A stretch of DNA of 62,525 nucleotides, the filler included, from Choristocarpus tenellus KU-1152 (lineage: Eukaryota; Protista; Phaeophyceae), in NCBI GenBank assembly GCA_964200185.2. It is 11 parts of 11 records of this genome, joined end to end, with 100 filler letters (N's around TTAATTAATTAA, not from the genome) between each part and the next. Parts side by side here need not be neighbours in the genome. Positions count along the whole stretch, not along the records: positions 58,575 to 62,525 come from CAXNAD020016972.1; 10 more parts are not named here. One strand, 5' to 3'. Of the stretch, positions 60,170-62,525 are shown in pieces. Within the stretch, counting starts at the first letter, position 1, and each line of letters starts with the position of its first letter. A program made the position numbers and the translations under genes. The notes beneath the pieces were generated by a model. It was given only the letters and a program-made list of their open reading frames with translations, searched no databases and was not told the DNA's origin.

Positions 60170-61720
60170 AATTCACAACACTAAAGTATCACCCGCAGCA
60201 TGCGGTCGAATCAAGTATTTGGTATGGAACAGAATTGGCATTGACTGGGGGTGTGATGTTGGAATTGGGAGTATCCAGAAGATATTGTTGGCAACAGGCA
60301 GCAAACATTTCTGCACATTGGGGCAATTCATGTGAACGATAGAATGTATCAGAGGCACGATCACTAACCAAATCTATGTTCTACGTCCATGAGTGAATGA
60401 GGTCATCGGCAAAGTGTATGTCCCACAGTAGCTTCAATAATTTATGGACCAATTGTTATGGGGGACTCAGAACCATCAAGGTCCAGTATGGGCAAAGTTT
60501 GGCCAAGGAAAAGCTCGTTGGGCTTCGTGAAGTCAGGCTCAGGTAGTTGTGTGTTCGGTATGTAAGGTTTAAAGTAGGCCGAGTGGACAGAAATATCTCT
60601 GATGTCGCCCTGTTTTAGGATGCAGTAGGCCACAAGAGATATCTCGGCAGTCACTGTGAAAGGTTCAGGCCAGTGGTGAATCAATTTTAAGTTGAGCCCA
60701 TCACGATCATTGTGTGTTCAAGAAGTTGATGCTCCCCAAGATTTGTGTACATACATTTCTTAGGTCATTCCTTTATTGGGTTGTACGAGTTGCTCATGAA
60801 GTAAGGAAGGAGAAAGGAGTAATGAACCTTCAAACCCATGGGGGGGATCCTTGCCACCAAAAGCAATCCTATTCTCTGGATACTAATCACTAATCACATA
60901 TTTGCTCGCTAAAATGTTTCCTATTCTTGAACTCTTTCCTTTTCTAGCTCATTTACCCATACCTATTTTCTATTCTTCAGAGTACGAACATGATCTCTTC
61001 CATCACCTGATTGTTTCTTGATGGAAAATGGGCTGATGTGAGGCCCATGGTGGCAAGGAGAAGAGGAATGATGGCACGTAACTTCGTTTTCGCAACCGCC
61101 TGCGTTCAGAAAGAAGATATCGCAGTTTGGGTGAATCTGTTGGGGTGTTTGGCAGTGAAGTGGGGTATCGATTGCTAAAAAATAGGCTACTCATTTGCTC
61201 ATTTGTTTCTTGTTTATATGTTACTAAACTACCAGCTCGTACTGGCTGTTTGTTGATCGGTCCACTACAATCGTTGTTATTGTTCATTTGTTTATTGTGC
61301 ATCTCAGCTCATCATCACATCGATGACAGTAGATAGAAATGTATCATCAGTTGGTACATATCACACTCAGGAACATCATAGCAAGCGTCGTCCACGTTAC
61401 TTCGGGTCTTGTTCCAATCACGTCCCTCTGTTACCTTCTGTTTTTTCTTTGTTGTTGTATGTCATCTCTTTCCTTCTTTTTATCAACAGAAGACCCCAGA
61501 TGCAAGTTAATTGTTATTATTTTTTCATTGGTCGTCATTGCCCTCTCCGAGTGCACCAAGCTCACTCTGCGATAAGTGTACCTGACGCACACTTGGATGT
61601 AATACGATCAGGGTTGTTAAAACCATCTACGGAAACCCTTGCCAGCCAAGGTAACAAGCCTCTCCACAGAGCATGGACTTCTTTCGTTGAGTATCTCGTG
61701 AAATATTACTGAATTCACAT
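60170..61720 (-). mobile_element. Decayed Ty3/gypsy integrase / GPY-F / chromodomain-region relic
   Basis: HHWPEPFTVTAEISLVAYCI...SVHSAYFKPY...PEPDF..LFLGQTLPILDLD is a GPY/F module (W.GP.....Y......VH...LKPY), with YLIR downstream. The upstream boundary is approximate. Confidence 0.6.
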
Positions 61721-62357
61721 CACATCACTCTTGACTGAGAGATCAATGACTTAGTTGCAACAGGATAAATATATCGGTGCTTTGTAGCACAATCACGTCT
61801 ACTCATAACAAAGACTACGCATTTTGCTCATCGGTGCTTTACAACACCACGGTTCCTCTTCACTCGCAGTCTACGCATTTTGCTTATATTTACGATGCAT
61901 TTGATTCAGGTTTCAACATCGATAGTGTACTTTGAGTTCAAAAGGGTGTGTCACTTGTTGCTCTGGGTGCGTTTCCCTCAAAATATATCGTGCTTTTAAT
62001 GGAGATTTGAATAATGGTATTGTGTCGTGTCTATCTTCCACTTCAGAAATTTTTCAGTAGCGTTGTTCAGACTCTGACATCCCGGAGTATGTGTTCTACA
62101 TCGGACTCCAGGGTGATAACACACGCATACGACAGTAGTGAATTGAACATACTACACATCATTAGATATGCTCGATTTAAGAACTAATATATTGTAGAAC
62201 ACTTCTGCTTCCCCCCAACCATCAACGAAAACGTCAAACTGGACCTGGTAAAATCCATAGAGTATATACGTATCATATTTTCTATATCTTACTATTTGGG
62301 GGAGTTAGGGTTAGGGTTATGTATGCATATTACTGATACCAATACTATTACTACCAC

Positions 62358-62525
62358 TACTATACAAAAGAGAGCTATTTTCAATAGAATCTTTGCTTTA
62401 TGTGGTATGGATATATTTATTAGCGGAGTGAGCACTACCCTGGAGGTGGGGGGGGTGCTCTCCCTTGTTATCTAATGCGTACGTCAGCAAATACGTCAGA
62501 AATTCGTTTCTGACAGTTACACTAG
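62358..62525 (+). repeat. Repeat family C copy (no MITE insertion)
   Basis: actatacaaaagagagctattttcaatagaatctttgctttatgtggtatgg...cgtcagcaaatacgtca; homologous to 20348-20760. Confidence 0.8.

Overview
Eukaryotic, intron-rich and transposon-rich nuclear DNA, most likely a brown alga or related stramenopile (inferred from GT-AG gene structure, a flagellar gene, TTAGGG-type motifs and the style of the retroelements). The window is not one locus. It is 11 contigs joined by ten artificial 100-bp spacers (N44-TTAATTAATTAA-N44), so adjacency across spacers has no biological meaning. Host genes reconstructed by splicing: two exons of MOCS3/UBA4 (+), 11 phase-consistent exons of a CCDC180-like ciliary coiled-coil gene (-), 7 exons of an SPX-MFS/PHT5-type phosphate transporter (+), and two unknown gene fragments. 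A single-ORF secreted precursor (55514-56161, -) has a signal peptide, YD-like beta-hairpin motifs, an RHLL protease-site-like motif and a mirror-symmetric 8-Cys C-terminal peptide. It lies in a ~9.57-kb unit whose ends are ~98-99% identical direct repeats, probably a tandem array. This is the best candidate for an undescribed system. The rest is decayed Ty3/gypsy, Ty1/copia and LINE relics, about 19 copies or ends of related MITEs sharing an AAAGTATCT terminus and 4-bp TSDs, and a Helitron-5'-like repeat in head-to-head arrangement.
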